A stretch of DNA of 64,000 bases from Piromyces finnis finn (lineage: Eukaryota; Fungi; Neocallimastigomycota): contig MCFH01000056.1 of assembly GCA_002104945.1 (NCBI GenBank), positions 295,039 to 359,038 of the forward strand, given 5' to 3'. Below, one piece after another: positions 1 through 14,227 of this stretch (position 1 is its first letter; each line of letters starts with the position of its first letter). The notes under the pieces were generated by a model. That model searched no databases, had not been told where the DNA came from, and worked only from the letters and a program-made list of their open reading frames with translations. The translations under genes were made by a program, and so were the position numbers.

Positions 1-2917
1 ATTATTATATTATTATTAAAATTTTCAATTACTTATTTATATAATTTATATATATGTTAGAACTAATATATCCTCAAAAAATTAAATAATAAACAATAAA
101 ATAATAGAAATTGTAAATATATATATTATTTTCAGTGTAATATTTAATCAAAAATAAATAAAATAATCTCAGTTTATAAAATAATTATAAATACTTTTGT
201 TATTCACATTTATATGTCTTAACTGTATCTAAAATATATTAATTTTAAAATTATTTCTAATTAAATATTATATAATATGTGGTTTTTTTAATATAGAAAA
301 AGATATTAATATATATTTTTTAGTGTGTTAACTATTTTATACTATATTATATATTGTATATTACAATGATCCATTTAATATTAAAACATTTACATTATTA
401 GTATTTATAATGCATTATGTAAATATACCAATCATGCATATATAATTATAATTATATATAGTGTACTTTGCTAATCATATTAGTTTTGAATTGAAAAGAC
501 TACTTTTTCAAAAAATAATATTAATAAATGGATGTTCTAGGCAAGGAAAAGGTTTTAATATTGGATTATAATCAATTATTATAATTCAATATTTAATTAT
601 TAATAATAATATAAAGATTTTATGGTAGTAAAAGAAAAGAATTTATTTTCAAATAAATAAATAAAATTAAATATATATAAAAAATAAAATTATACAGAGA
701 CATATTGTAAATACTATCGATCTTGATTTATATTTTCTAAAATAAATAAATAAATAATAATAATAATAATATATATATATATATATTGTACTTATTTTAG
801 CTAATTAACTTTTATACAACATAAATTTGATAATTATATTTTCAATAAATTAACTTTATAGAAACAAGTAAATTTACAATATAGTTATTAATAATTACTG
901 TATAATTTATTTATATATATTACTGTATTAATTCTTATTTTTTATTATTTTCATTTTAGCAATAACTTTAATAATGCTTTTGAGGCTAAATATTATCTTA
1001 AAGTGTTGTTATAGTGATTTAATTCATAATGTTGTATACATATACTAATTTAAATGATATTATCATAAAGAGGTTGTTTGACATTTTCCATTTTCACAAG
1101 GATAGTTTCAATTCTTATTGTATAATTTCATTGCAATAGGATATTTATCAAATAATGGCTAATTATTCTATTTAGTATTTCTAATTGTAAAAATTAAGTA
1201 TTTTCTGCTATTCTTTCCCCTATGACGGAAAGGAAATTTTATCATTAAAATGGTAGTAATTAAAATATTTGTTCATTACCCAAATAATTTATTTACTTGA
1301 AATAAATATGTATGTTTTCATGTTTTCTTTAATAATAATTCTTCTTCAACAATGCTAATAATAATTGGTTATTTTGAAAAAAATAAAATATTTGAAAAAA
1401 TGGTAATTATGTGTTAATGAATATTTATGATTAAATATTTACATAGTTGAATATGGATTTTAATGGTATTGTATGTCATACTGAGTAGATCAAATAAAGT
1501 TGAATAATTTTCATGAGATATAATAAACTTTATATTTTCCTAATTTATATTTTAATTTTAATAATGAATTAAATAGTTTATATGCAAAGTATATTAATAA
1601 TTAATATTTCTCTTTAATACAGTAAATTTTCTATAAGAAAAGAAAGTATATTTTCAATAATTAGATTAATTGAAATAAATATTTAAATATCTTGATTCTT
1701 TATTCAAATATAGACAATGGAATTAACAAATGTTTTCTTTGCTTATTTTGTTCTATAATTCATTAAATTCATTTATTTTGAGTGATAAATAATATTAAGT
1801 ATATTATTTGTCATTAATTTGTTATTCAAATTAAAATCTTGTAAATATTTAGAATTTTATAAAATCTTTATAAAATAATCCAATGATATCATGTTATTTT
1901 GTCGTAATATCCACCTAACAAAGTATAGTATATTAACTTAGTTTTTATGGAAAGCTTAATATTTTACAATGTTTTACAATAATACTGACGAATTTATATT
2001 TAAAATAAATTTCCTTTTATTTAAATGTTTTTACTATCAATTTATAATTAGGACCTTTTGAAATTCAACTTATCCATTCAAAATAGATTTTCCTCTCCTC
2101 TCTACTTTTATTAAAGTTTCATGTTAATATGTTGGATAACTCTTTATATCATACTTGATAGATATTAGCTTTCATAATTGTGTTCTCATATCCTTTCTTC
2201 AGATAATGGATGTAAATATTATTTTTGTTACATAAATTTTAAGGATTATCTTGATAAATAATCTTAGATTAAATAATTAATTTAATCAAATTTCACGTAT
2301 TATATTCTTAAAGTGAATATTACTGTATCACATCTTAAGAATAGAAGTTTTGTTATTATTGATATTATGTCTGTCTATATTCAAGTAATATTAAATTTGA
2401 TGACAATTTTTGTAGTTTACTATTGATGATTTATTTTGCTGCAAAGTTATCAAATTAATATGGTGATATAGGTATTGTTTCTCGGTGATGTAAGCTACTT
2501 ATTTATATTTAAGTTGATTTGTATATTTTCTGAATTTATTGAATTCAAAATAATTTAAATTTTAGTAATTTATTGATTTTCGGAAACTTAATTTTTGAAT
2601 TCTATCATTGTAGATTAACTTACATAATATTAAAAAATATACTACTTTCTATGTTTTATTTATCAGGTTGATTATTTATTTATTTTTTATAGTTACTTTG
2701 ATTCTTTATTTATGAAAAAGTTAATATTTCAATCTTAAAATTTTGGAATCTCAAATTCTAGATCTCAAAAAATAATCTTACATAGATAATTTCAGACTAA
2801 ATAATTTAATTGTAATGGTTAGAATTTCCTACTGTTTTCTCCTTTGGCATAATAGTGTCCTGCACTTTGATTCCACTTCTAATATTCTCTTTAAGAGACT
2901 ATGAAACTCTTATTCTT

Positions 2918-3290
2918 TTAGGAGTTGTTAATTTAGGTTTTATAATTATGTCAACTTTATTTAATATAATTATTAAATTGTTACATTCAAACTAAATGTT
3001 TTTAATATAATTACATTATGGCTTAATATATAACACAATATATACAAATACATTTCAATACATTTATCATACTTTCACATTTGTTAGAATATATAAAATA
3101 TGTGATATATGTATTAAAATATATTGAAATGTATTTAAACGTATTTGTATGTATTGTATTAAATTATATATTAAGTCATAATGTAATTATATTAAAAATA
3201 TGTAGTTTGAATGTAATAATAGTAGTTCTTTGTAATAATTATATTAAATAAAGTTGACAAAATTATAAAACCTAGATTAACAACTTCTAA
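2918..3290. repeat. Degenerate foldback/MITE-like inverted repeat (arms ~2918-3060 and ~3125-3290); third arm copy at ~3835-4000
   Basis: Left arm ...GGAGTTGTTAATTTAGGTTTTATAATTATGTCAACTTTATTTAATATAATTATT... is an imperfect reverse complement of right arm ...ATAATTATATTAAATAAAGTTGACAAAATTATAAAACCTAGATTAACAACTTCTAA. The core TATATTAAATAAAGTTGAC recurs at ~3950. Confidence 0.55.
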
Positions 3291-4379
3291 TAATTACATT
3301 TTCTTATTTAAATATTATTATTTAATTTATTATTGTTATACTATCATGACTTTATAAACTTTAATTATTAATGATTAATAATACATTAGTAATAATTAGT
3401 AATTCACATGTTCTAAGAATATTTATGTACATGATTTATTAGTAATAGATTATGCCACATATCTTAGAATGAATTTATTAAATCTTGTATTAATTAATTC
3501 TTTGTAATTAATACAAATTTAATATTTATATTTATTATAAATAAACTTTATTAATAAAATCAACATAAAAATAACAATTATTATTCCATATCACAAATAA
3601 TATGTGACTTGAATGTATATTTATATTAATAATTTATATGTTTTTATTATATTATATTACAATTTCTAAAATTTGAAATAATAATATGTAAATGACTAAT
3701 GTAAAAACTTGTAATGTAAATAAATAATATAAATGTATAATTCATATATTAAAATAGTTCCAGCCTTAGAGTTGGAAAACTAATTATCTAAATAATAATT
3801 AAATAATAATTAATAAAAAAGCAATATTAGAGTAAAATGTATTGAAGAGTACTTGCATGTATTGTATTGTATTATATGTTAAAGTCACATTAAAAATATA
3901 TAAATACATGTAGTTTTAATGCAACAATAGTAGTTTATTATCATTAACTATATTAAATAAAGTTGACTTTTATTAAAATCTGAATTAACAGAATCTAATA
4001 TTTATAATAATAATGTAATGATAATAAAAATATTAGCAATAATATTAATAATACAATTATTAATTATAAATTATATTTGAGGTAATATGTTATTATAGGT
4101 AACTTGTAACATGATTTAAATAAAATATTTAACTAGTACTTAATAAATTTTATATTATAATTTTAATTATTATTATTGTTAGAATTTTAAGTTTTTAATA
4201 TTTACTTTATTATGGCAATTTATTAATATTTCATTACAAAGATTCAATTAACAATTACTAGTATGTATTTATACTAAAATTTATGGCTTATGCTAGAAAA
4301 TATAAGCCATAAATTTTATTATTATTTTTTATTATTATTTGTATCAATTAATAATAAAAAATGAAATTAAATGAGATTA

Positions 4380-6780
4380 TCTTAACATCTCATGGAGTGC
4401 TCCAAATCTAACAAGAAAAGAAATTCACATTTCCACAACCACAAACAATTTAACAACAACATTAATAACTTCCAAAAACATAATAATAATTATAACAACA
4501 ACAATTATAAAACCCAAAAAATTAGTTCAAAAAACTAAATAAAGGACTTCCATTGAAGTCCCATCATTCTAACACAAAAATATTAAACTACACTTTTCCC
4601 ACTATCAATAAAGATAATACATTACCTTCAACATTTTTTACTTTTAATACATACGTATTATCCAATAATAGAGGTACAAATAATTTATATAATAAAATTA
4701 TATGTACATCACTATTAGATAGTGGATCATATTGTAATTTTATATCGTACAAACTATTACGTACATTACAATTACATCCTCAAAAAATTAATAATGTAAT
4801 CATTTTACAAGTTCAATTGAATGTAACTTAGCATTCAATTGAGCTTGATGAATATATCAACCAAACTATTCATCAACAATAAATTCTATTTCATTAATTT
4901 TTAAAGAAAATTTTTTACTAGCGGATTATATTCCGACAGATTTATTATAATTATGATTAAAATTTATATTCAAATTTAAGATATGTTTTTAACAAAAAGA
5001 AATTTGGCATGAAGCATGCTACTAAATTTTTAAATTTAGAAAAATTCATTTCTCATAATAAAAATGATATGAATTGTACACCTATCACTTCTATAGGTGT
5101 AAAAAACCCAAAAAATAAAAACAAAAATTATTCCACCACTCTTTATTTTTTAAAAAATAAAATTCATAATTTTTATTTCAAATCATAAATCCTTAGTAAG
5201 AAGAAAAATGATCGATTCGTAAATTTAAGATTAAACGCTCCAAAATTTCGAAGAAAGTTATATTAAATAATTATGATACATATAATTATAATTATTTAAT
5301 TTATTCCTTCTTATCAGAAAAATCAGAAGAAGTAAACAATTTAGAAGAACATATTATGGAGGATATTCCAGAACCTATCTTGATTTGGCAAAAGTTTTCA
5401 GCAAACAAGAAGATGATAAACAACCACCACATAGGGTTACAGATTGCAAAATAGTGCTAGAGAAAGATGCTACTCTTCATTATGGTCCCATCTATCCATT
5501 ATCGGAAGAAGAATCAAAAGTTCTAGAAGAGTATTGTAAAGATATAATATATATCTTTTGATTATTTAATAATTAATTATTAATTATTAAATAATAAATT
5601 AATATTTAGTAAAGTTAATTATAAAATTTTTGAATAAACTTCATGGAATAATTTAATAATAAATTATTTTATAATAATTCCGTTAAAATTAAATTAAGAT
5701 AAATATTTAAATTTAAGGAATAAATGAATTTTAATTAAATTTAAATATTTCAAATACTTTTATAATAGATTATACTTTTTTATTTAAATTTAGAATAGTT
5801 TAATAATTTTAACTTAGTTTTAAAAATAGATTTGTTTATAGTTCAATAGGAAATATATTAAGAATAGTATTGATAATATTAAATTAATTTATAGATAATA
5901 ATACATGGGCTTTATTCAATTTTGAGTTTACTCAAATTGAATTAAAAGTGTAATGAATTAGTTTTAGTTTAGTTCTGTTATTTTATTATTTAATTAGATT
6001 AGTTTTGTTTATTTTATATTGAATATATATTTATTTAAATAGAATAATATATTAGAATATAATTATAAAAAAATATAAATACATGTAATTTTTGTTTATT
6101 AAATCGATGTTATTTCAATTTTTTATTTATTAACTATTATATAGTTAATAATATTTCTAAGAGTTTTAAATAAAATGATTTTTAAAATAAAAATTTAATG
6201 TTTTATTTTTTAATTTTGTGTTAATAAAAATTGTTTTGTTTTAAGTATAAAATCTGTTATAAATTTTATACTTTTGCAATATCTTTACATAGAAAATAAT
6301 TTATATGCTAAGCTTCCTAAATGCAAATTTTACAAACCACAAGTTGAATTCTTAGGATACGTTATTTCAAGCTCAGGGATTGCTACTGACCCAAAGAAGA
6401 TAGAGTCAATTAAAAATTGGCCTACTCCTACTGCAGCACCCATTTTATCCTATCTTGATCCTCAAAAGCAATATATTTTGGAATGTGATGTAAGTAATGT
6501 TGCTATCGGTTCTATACTTTCTCAGTATGATTCAGAAAATCGTCTACATCCTGTCGCTTACTACTTCAGAAGTCAGAGTAGTTCTGAAGTTAATTATTCT
6601 ATAACAGATAAAGAACCATTAGCTATTAAAGATTCTTTCTCTACTTAGAGGCACCTTCTTCTTGATACTAAGTATAAAATAAAAGTGTACACTGATCATA
6701 GAAACTTACTTTATACTCTTGGAGGAAAGATGGATAATCAAAGACAACATCGTTGGCACCTTTTCTTTCAAGAATATGAC
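4380..6780 (+). pseudogene. Decayed Ty3/Gypsy gag-pol relic (protease, RT start, RT end, RNase H), fragmented
   Basis: Aspartic protease motif LLDSGSYCNFIS (ORF 4553-4831). Pre-RT segment YGPIYPLSEEESKVLEEY at ~5480-5534. ENNLYAKLPKCKFYKPQVEFLGYVIS and RNase H ECDVSNVAIGSILSQ (ORF 6274-6648). RWHLFFQEYD ends at 6780. Many stops, frameshifts and internal deletions. Confidence 0.8.
5535..6289 (+). repeat. LTR (D-like family) sitting inside the pol relic, no TSD
   Basis: Perfect 11-bp terminal inverted repeats TGTAAAGATAT...ATATCTTTACA. Alignable by eye to the minus strand of 8995-8279 (shared AAATTCATGGAATAAT-like block, AATACATGG, AAAAAATATAAATACATGTA). Flanks AGTAT and TAGAA do not match. 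Confidence 0.65.
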
Positions 6781-7303
6781 TGTAAAAATTATTAAATAAT
6801 TAATATTTGAATGATTTATTTAATAATCTTCAAGAGAAAAACTAATCTCTCAATCACAAAAACTTTTATTGTGTTGCGTGAACCAAAATTATTCATCACT
6901 TAGTGTAACACATGAAATTCATAATAAATAAAGTTCAAAAAATTAATGAAAATTTTTTAGAGGATTTTCATAAAGATTTACATTAAAATCTTCTTCATTT
7001 AATATTGTGAAATTAAATTATTATATTTTAAGATTCTTAAGGATAGTTTTATATTGAATAGCAATATAAATAAATTAGTTAGATATATTATAATGTATTC
7101 GCAAAAAATATAAATAGTTCGAAATTTCATGTAAATTTAGATAATTGTAATTGTTATAGCCTATTAAGTAGTTAATAACTAAATAAAAGTTAATAAAAGA
7201 GAATTTTAAATAAATTTTGTTTTTGTTTTTATTTTTTATTTTATTTTGTGTTTTTGGTAGTAAAAATTTTATAATCTGTTTTAATTTTTTATAAAACATT
7301 TAC

Positions 7304-7630
7304 ATTTTATTTTATTTTATTTTATTTTATTTTATTTTATTTTATTTTATTTTATTTTATTTTATTTTATTTTATTTTATTTTATTTTATTTTATTTTAT
7401 TTTATTTTATTTTATTTTATTTTATTTTATTTTTATTTTATTTTATTTTATTTTATTTTATTTTATTTTATTTTATTTTATTTTATTTTATTTTATTTTA
7501 TTTTATTTTATTTTATTTTATTTTATTTTATTTTATTTTATTTTATTTTATTTTATTTTATTTTATTTTATTTTTATTTTATTTTATTTTATTTTATTTT
7601 ATTTTATTTTATTTTATTTTATTTTATTTT
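7304..7630. repeat. (TTTTA)n pentanucleotide microsatellite, ~65 units
   Basis: Near-perfect ATTTT tandem array, with single extra T at two points. Confidence 0.97.
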
Positions 7631-8278
7631 AAAACAAAGCTTTCAAACATTGAATTCCAAATGAAATCAAGTTTGAGGGGAATGCTAGAAATTATCAAAT
7701 TTTATTATAAACTTTATTCATTAGTAAAATGTAGTTAACCTAATGTAATGTATTGATAATGTATGTTGTAACAACGCGAAAGACTCAGGTTAACACAATA
7801 CTAATTAACTATTTTTTGTATTAATATAATATTTTATTAATAATTTTATTATTTAATATTATTAATACAAATTAACCTTAATACTAATTCTAAAGACTAA
7901 ATTTACATGAATTTTATAAATTATTTATATAATATTTCTTTATTAATAATAATAATAATAATGATTAAAATAAGAATATTAACATGTATTTATATTTTCT
8001 TTTAAATTTAAACTATTTACATTAAAATAATAAAATTAATAACTATTTACAATAAAAGTAATAAGAGTAATTAAAAATAACAATAAAAGAAATAATTAAA
8101 AGTTAAAGAATATAAAAAGTTGTTTATTTTACAATTAATTAAAGTAATAATTATTTTTAATATTTTAATAAAAGTGTTTAATTATATTATTTTATAACAT
8201 GAATTATTATATTTGTTTACTTTTAAAGTGTAATTTACTAACGAAGTTATTAAATATTTAATTTAACAAAAGTTATAT

Positions 8279-8995
8279 TGTAAAATAATAATTATAAAAC
8301 AGATTATTATTTTTACAATAAAACACAAAAAAAATAAAAAAAATTTAAACACTAAAATTTAAATAAAAAATTTTCAACTAATATTTCTTTTTTAAAAGTT
8401 ATTAACTATATAATAGTCAATAACAACTACATTTATTTAAAATTTGGAAAAAGTACATGTATTTATATTTTTTCTTATTTACATTCATTATATATACTTT
8501 TTATTCAATTATACATATATTTAATATAAAATAAACAAAACTAATTTAATACAAATTTAAATCAATAATAAAATAACAAAGCTATTCTAAAACTAATTAA
8601 ATACACTTTTGATTCAATTTAAGTAAACTACAAATTGAATACAATCCATGTATTACCTATATATTAATTAAATATTAATAATACTATTTATTTTATATTT
8701 ATTATTAAAAATGCTAATTTAAAACTACGCTAAAGTTAATAAACTAATTTTAATTAAATAAAAACTTTTTTAAGATTTAATTTGAATATTTAAAATATTT
8801 AAATTTAATTATCCATTAATTTAAATATTTATCCAAATTTTATTTTTTAACTTTGATATTTTAAAATTAATTATTATTTAATTATTCCATGAATTTTATA
8901 TAATAAATTTTATAAATAATTTTTTCATTAAAATATCAAAATTATTGTTTAATAATTATTAATTAATTATTAAATAATTTAAAGATATCTTTACA
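8279..8995 (-). repeat. 3' LTR of old element D (left boundary approximate)
   Basis: On the minus strand, purine tract AAAGGGCGAGAT precedes TGTAAAGATATC at 8995. The LTR is homologous to the 5535-6289 LTR. The left end is placed at TGTAAAATA (8279) by alignment only. Confidence 0.55.
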
Positions 8996-9026
8996 ATCTC
9001 GCCCTTTAAATCGAGCTCCTGCGAGA

Positions 9027-11238
9027 TTATTTTCTCGAAGGTATTTCAATAACAAATGGTCTATACTTTGATCTGATCATACCTTCGCCATTTAGTTCAC
9101 CAATGTATTCATTGTTCTTATTCTTTATAATCCGTTTGTTTCTTCTATAGAATTCTTGAATCAATTTCTTGTCAAGAATTTGATTCTCGGGAACCCATCT
9201 ATTTTCATTTGAATCTAAATTTTTATAAGTCAAAAGAAAGGATTTCTTTTTGTTATATGTTCTTTCTTTGATAATCTTATCGGGAATCTTATCAATAGTA
9301 TCAGTAGTCAAGTTAATGTTTTTTCTTTTCCCATTATCCGTTCTATCTTTAAATTTGTTGTTAATGTAAGGCTCTAATAATGATACATGAAAGACTGGAT
9401 GTCAACGTAAATTGTTTGGTAATTTTAATTCAAATGCTAAAGGACTTACTCTTTTAATTATCTTAAATGGTCCTAACATTTGATCGGATAGCTTTCTTTT
9501 TACATTTTTATTCGAAGGATTGATTCCTTTTAATAACCAAACTTTCATTCCAATTTCAAATTTTGGTGATTCCATCCTGTTTTGATCTGCATACTTTTTA
9601 TAAGTTTCTTTAGCATGATCAAGATTTTCTTTTAAGAGTTTAATATTTTTATTAATATCTAGAATTCTTTGTTCAGCCCTATTTGGTTTATCAGCTGAGG
9701 GGATTTCAATATTAAACTTAGGGTTGAATCCATAGTTTGCATAAAAAGGGGATTGATTAATTGATTGCTGTAATGTATTGTTATAGGCAAATTCAGCAAA
9801 AGGTAATAAATCAACCCAATTATTTTGTTTCTCATTTATGAAACAACGGAGATATTGTTCTAATATCCCGTTTACCCTCTCCGTTTGACCATCAGTCTGT
9901 GGATGGTTAGCAGTAGAAAACTTTAGATCTATATTAAGTAAATCACACAGACGATTCCAAAACTCGGAAGTAAATCGAGTCCCTCTGTCAGAAACAATAG
10001 AATCAGGAAAACCATGTAATTTGAAGATATTATTAATAAAAATGTCAGCTGCGATAGATGCGGTAGGCAAACATCTTAAAGGGATAAAATGCGCCATTTT
10101 AGTTAATCTATCAACAACAACCATAATGGTGGTCATGTCTTTGGATTTTGGCAATTCAACAATAAAATCCATAGACAATTCGGACCAGGCTCTTTCAGGA
10201 GTAGATAGAGGAGACAATAACCCTATGGTTTATGTCTTGGAACTTTAGCCCTACAGCAAGTTTCACAAGATTTGACAAATTTTTTAACATCAACATAATA
10301 TTTAGGCCACCAGAAATTTCGGCTAATTAATTCAATAGTCTTATTAATACCAAAGTGACCAGCCGAAATAGAATTATGATAGATTTCAAGAACTCTTGTT
10401 CTTAACTCAACTGGAACATAAATAAGATCGTTATAAAGTAAATACCCATCCTTATCGATTTTATATTTATTTATATTTTTACATGGAGGGGATGTTATAC
10501 ATTTATTGTTAAAATAAGAAAAAATTTTATCATAAAACACATCATTCCTTAAAGAATTTAGGATAGAAATTATTAAAGAATTATCATTTTTATTATTTTT
10601 ATAAATTACATTACAAGAAATATTGTTACATGGATCATTAATGCAAATGTGATCACTTCTTCTGGATAATAAGTCAGGTTTTCCAGACTTTTTGCCAGCT
10701 CTATAAATTAACTTGAAATTGAAGCGAGACAGAAATTCGTACCATCTAATCTGCCGTTGAGAAAGCATTTCTGGTTTTCTAGGAAAAGTCAAGTTCTTAT
10801 GGTCAGTATAAATGATAAATTGATGTCTAGCGCCTTCCAAATAGTGTCTCCATTCTTCAAGAGCAACTTTGATAGCAAGGAGTTCTTTATCATAGATTTA
10901 GTAATTTCTTTGAGATTTTGTTAGACTTGAAGAAATGAAAGCAACAGGATGCAATTGTCCATCAAATTCTTGTGATAGAATTGCACCAACAGCAAAGTTA
11001 CTTGCATCAGTCTCAACGATAAAGGGTTTATTTCTATCTGGATGTTTAAGTATGGGTGCGGAAGTGAACAACTTTTTAAGATTATCAAATGCATTCTGTT
11101 GTTCTAAATCCCAAACAAATGGGATAACTTTCCTAGTAAGTTTATGCAAAGGACCAGTAATTTTTGCAAAATCTTTAATAAATTTTCTATAATAATTACA
11201 TAAGCCAATGAATGATTGGACTTCTTTAACAGTAGTGG
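9027..11238 (-). pseudogene. Element D, 3' part of pol (RT thumb, RNase H, integrase, degenerate chromodomain); disrupted
   Basis: ORFs 10898-11149 (VETDASNFAVGAILSQ), 10223-10840 (HNSISAGHFG zinc finger) and 9402-10217 (IVSDRGTRF, QTDGQTERVN). In-frame stops at RNY* and NNLR*, and a frameshift at ~10220. Cut at 11238 by an LTR within DWPVP|TTVKE. Confidence 0.92.
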
Positions 11239-11841
11239 TGTAATGGCGACACAGAAAGAATAGATTAGGATATCTATTCTATTACAATAACACTAAATTT
11301 AAAATAAAAATAAAAATTGTTTTATTAAAAATATCTTTTATTATAATAGAATTTTAATAATAACAATTACATCGATAAAATGATGAAAAATATCTTCTAT
11401 TTATATTTTTCCTAAATACATTTATATTATATTATAACTATTTATTTCTTATATATTATTATTTAAAATCTACACTAAAATCTTAATTATTAATAAATAT
11501 TTAAACTATAACTATTTTTAGTAAAATACAATTGGCAATTCAAATTAAGTACTATTTAATTTGAATATGTGCCCATGTATTATTGATATATTAATCATTT
11601 ATTATTTATCTATTTCTATAAAAAAACAATACTAAAACTAGGGATTTAAATTGAGAATATTAATTTACTTGTTAAACATTAAAAATAAATTAATAATTTA
11701 TTTTGTTTTAAACTTTAATTATTAATAAATAAATTATGTCTCATTTTCTTTTTCTGAATATAATTTGTGTAACTTAAACAATAATACTTGTGGCTTAAGT
11801 TACATTAAAGATATCAAACAGAGGCGTTTGATATCTTTACA
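11239..11841 (-). repeat. 3' LTR of A2 (A family)
   Basis: TG...CA termini. Apparently identical to the 23228-29858 LTR apart from a 6-nt inverted hairpin loop. Left flank is AGTGG. Confidence 0.93.
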
Positions 11842-11877
11842 ATCTCTCTCTCTAAGTCGAGCTCCTGCGAGATTAAT

Positions 11878-13610
11878 TTATAAGGAATCTTTTCTCGAAG
11901 GAATTTCAATTACAAATGGTTGGTATCTGTGCTTGATTAGATTACCAACTTTATTCTTTCTAATTTTCATGGAGGAGTCGTTCGACTTATATTTTGACTT
12001 TTTAGAGTTTCTTTCAAACTCTTGTATTAATTGTTTATCTGGAATCTGATCTTCAGAAATCCAAGTGGATTTGTCAAATCCTTTCCATGATAACTTATAA
12101 AATGTTTCACCATTAACAGATTTCATCTTTTCAATTTTCTCTGGAATTTTTTCAATTAAATCTGTGTTAAGGTGAATGTTCCTCTTCCTACGATTAGACC
12201 TGTCGTTAAACTTGTTTTCAAAGTATGGTTCTAACAATGAAACATGAAAGACTGGATGACATCTCATTGTCTTTGGAAGTTTCAATTTGAAAGCGAGAGA
12301 ACTAACTTTTCCAATTATCTCAAATGGGCCAAGCATTTGAGGTGCTAATTTTCTCTTTAGGTTAGTTCCAGGAGAATCTTTCAATAACCATACCTTCTTT
12401 CCCACTTCGAACTCCGGGGGAATCATTCTCTTCATATCGGCATATTTCTTATATGTTTCTTTTGCTTTTTCTAAGTTTTCTTTTAATAATTTAAAGTTTT
12501 CATTCATATCAATTACTCTTTGTTCAGCTCTACTAGGTCTATCATTAGCTGGAATTTCTAAGCTGAACTTTGGATGAAAACCATAATTAGCAAAGAATGG
12601 GGATTGATTTATAGATTGTTGTAAAGTATTATTATATGCAAATTCAGCAAATGGGATAAGATCAACCCAGTTATTCTGCTTTTTATTTATAAAACAACGG
12701 AAATATTGTTCTAATATGCCGTTCACCCTCTCCGTTTGACCATCTGTCTGCGGATGGTTGGCAGTTGATAATGAATGATTGATATTAAGAAGGTCACAAA
12801 GTCTTGACCAAAAGTCAGAAGTAAATTGCGAGCCTCTATCAGAAATGATGGAATCAGGAAGACCATGCAAACGGAAGACATTAGCAATAAAAGCATCAGC
12901 AGCAATCGAAGCAGTAGGAAGACAACGTAAAGGAATGGCGTGAGCAAATTTAGTAAATCTATCGACAACAACCATGAGAGTTGTCATATCTCTGGACTTA
13001 GGAAGATCAACAATAAAATCAATAGAAATATCAGACCAGGGCCTACTGGGAGTGTCCAAAGGGGATAACAATCCATAAGGCTTATGTCTGGGGACTTTGG
13101 ATTTGCAACAAGTCACGCAAGATTTGATAAAAGATTTAACGTCTGAATGAAACCTTGGCCACCAAAAGTTTCTGGAAATCAGTTCAGTGGTTTTCTTAAT
13201 ACCGAAATGACCAGCAGCAACAGAATCATGATGAAGTTCCAAAACTCTTGTCCTAAGAGATTTAGGAACATAAATAAGATTATTATATAACAAAAATCCT
13301 TCGTTATCAATAATAACTTTATCAATATTTTTAATAGGTGCATTACATGCAGAACCATTCATTTTAAATTGGACAATAGAATTATACAAATCGTCATTTT
13401 TAAGTTCTAATAAAATAGAATCGATTAACGGTTTGTTATCGCTATGATGAAACGAAATAGTAAGACAAGAAACATCAGAATTAATATTATTCTCTACATG
13501 GTCACTTCTACGAGACAGGATATCAGGCTTACCGGATTTCTTTCCAGCTCTATAAATGAGTTTAAAATCAAATCTGGATAAGAACAAATTCCATCTAATT
13601 TGTCTCTGAG
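11878..13610 (-). pseudogene. A2 pol 3' half (RNase H end, integrase, degenerate chromodomain)
   Basis: ORF 11878-13587 contains HHDSVAAGHFG..CVTC, IISDRGSQF, QTDGQTERVN and C-terminal YQPFVIEIPSRKDSL. It is nearly identical to the A3 protein. Confidence 0.93.
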
Positions 13611-14216
13611 TGTAAAGACATCAAACGCCTCTGTTTGATATCTTTAATGTAACTTAAGCCACAAGTATTATTGTTTAAGTTACACAAATTATATTCAGAA
13701 AAAGAAAATGAGACATAATTTATTTATTAATAATTAAAGTTTAAAACAAAATAAATTATTAATTTATTTTTAATGTTTAACAAGTAAATTAATATTCTCA
13801 ATTTAAATCCCTAGTTTTAGTATTGTTTTTTTATAGAAATAGATAAATAATAAATGATTAATATATCAATAATACATGGGCACATATTCAAATTAAATGG
13901 TACTTAATTTGAATTGCCAATTGTATTTTACTAAAAATAGTTATAGTTTAAATATTTATTAATAATTAAGATTTTAGTGTAGATTTTAAATAATAATATA
14001 TAAGAAATAAATAGCTATAATATAATATAAATGTATTTAGGAAAAATATAAATAGAAGATATTTTTCATCATTTTATCGATGTAATTGTTATTATTAAAA
14101 TTCTATTATAATAAAAGATATTTTATAAAACAATTTTTTATTCTATTTTTCAAATTTTTGTGTTATTGTAATAGGTTAGATATCCTAATCTATTCGGTTT
14201 AGTGTCTGACTTTACA

Positions 14217-14227
14217 ATAACAATTAC
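14217..14227 (+). promoter_or_regulatory. Self-priming PBS of A3 (ATAACAATTAC), complementary to LTR 14082-14092; TATA box at 14047
   Basis: The 11 nt directly after the LTR end are the exact reverse complement of GTAATTGTTAT, which lies 35 nt downstream of TATAAAT. No TGG tRNA-type PBS. Confidence 0.8.

Noticed and set aside
1080-2900. Decayed coding sequence on the minus strand (e.g. YPCENGKCQ, LKKGYENTIMKANIYQ fragments)
   Set aside because: The fragments are short, interrupted by stops and carry no family-diagnostic motif.
7075-7299. 74-aa minus-strand ORF; likewise 46928-47155
   Set aside because: Low-complexity AT-rich translation with no domain signal.
6781-8278. Further LTR(s) starting TGTAAAAATT (6781) or ending near TGTAACAACGCG (7768)
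   Set aside because: I could not find a matching partner end, TSD or second copy.
11890-11920. PxVxL HP1-binding motif in the integrase tail (PFVIE)
   Set aside because: Position 5 is Glu, not a hydrophobic residue, so it does not fit the consensus.
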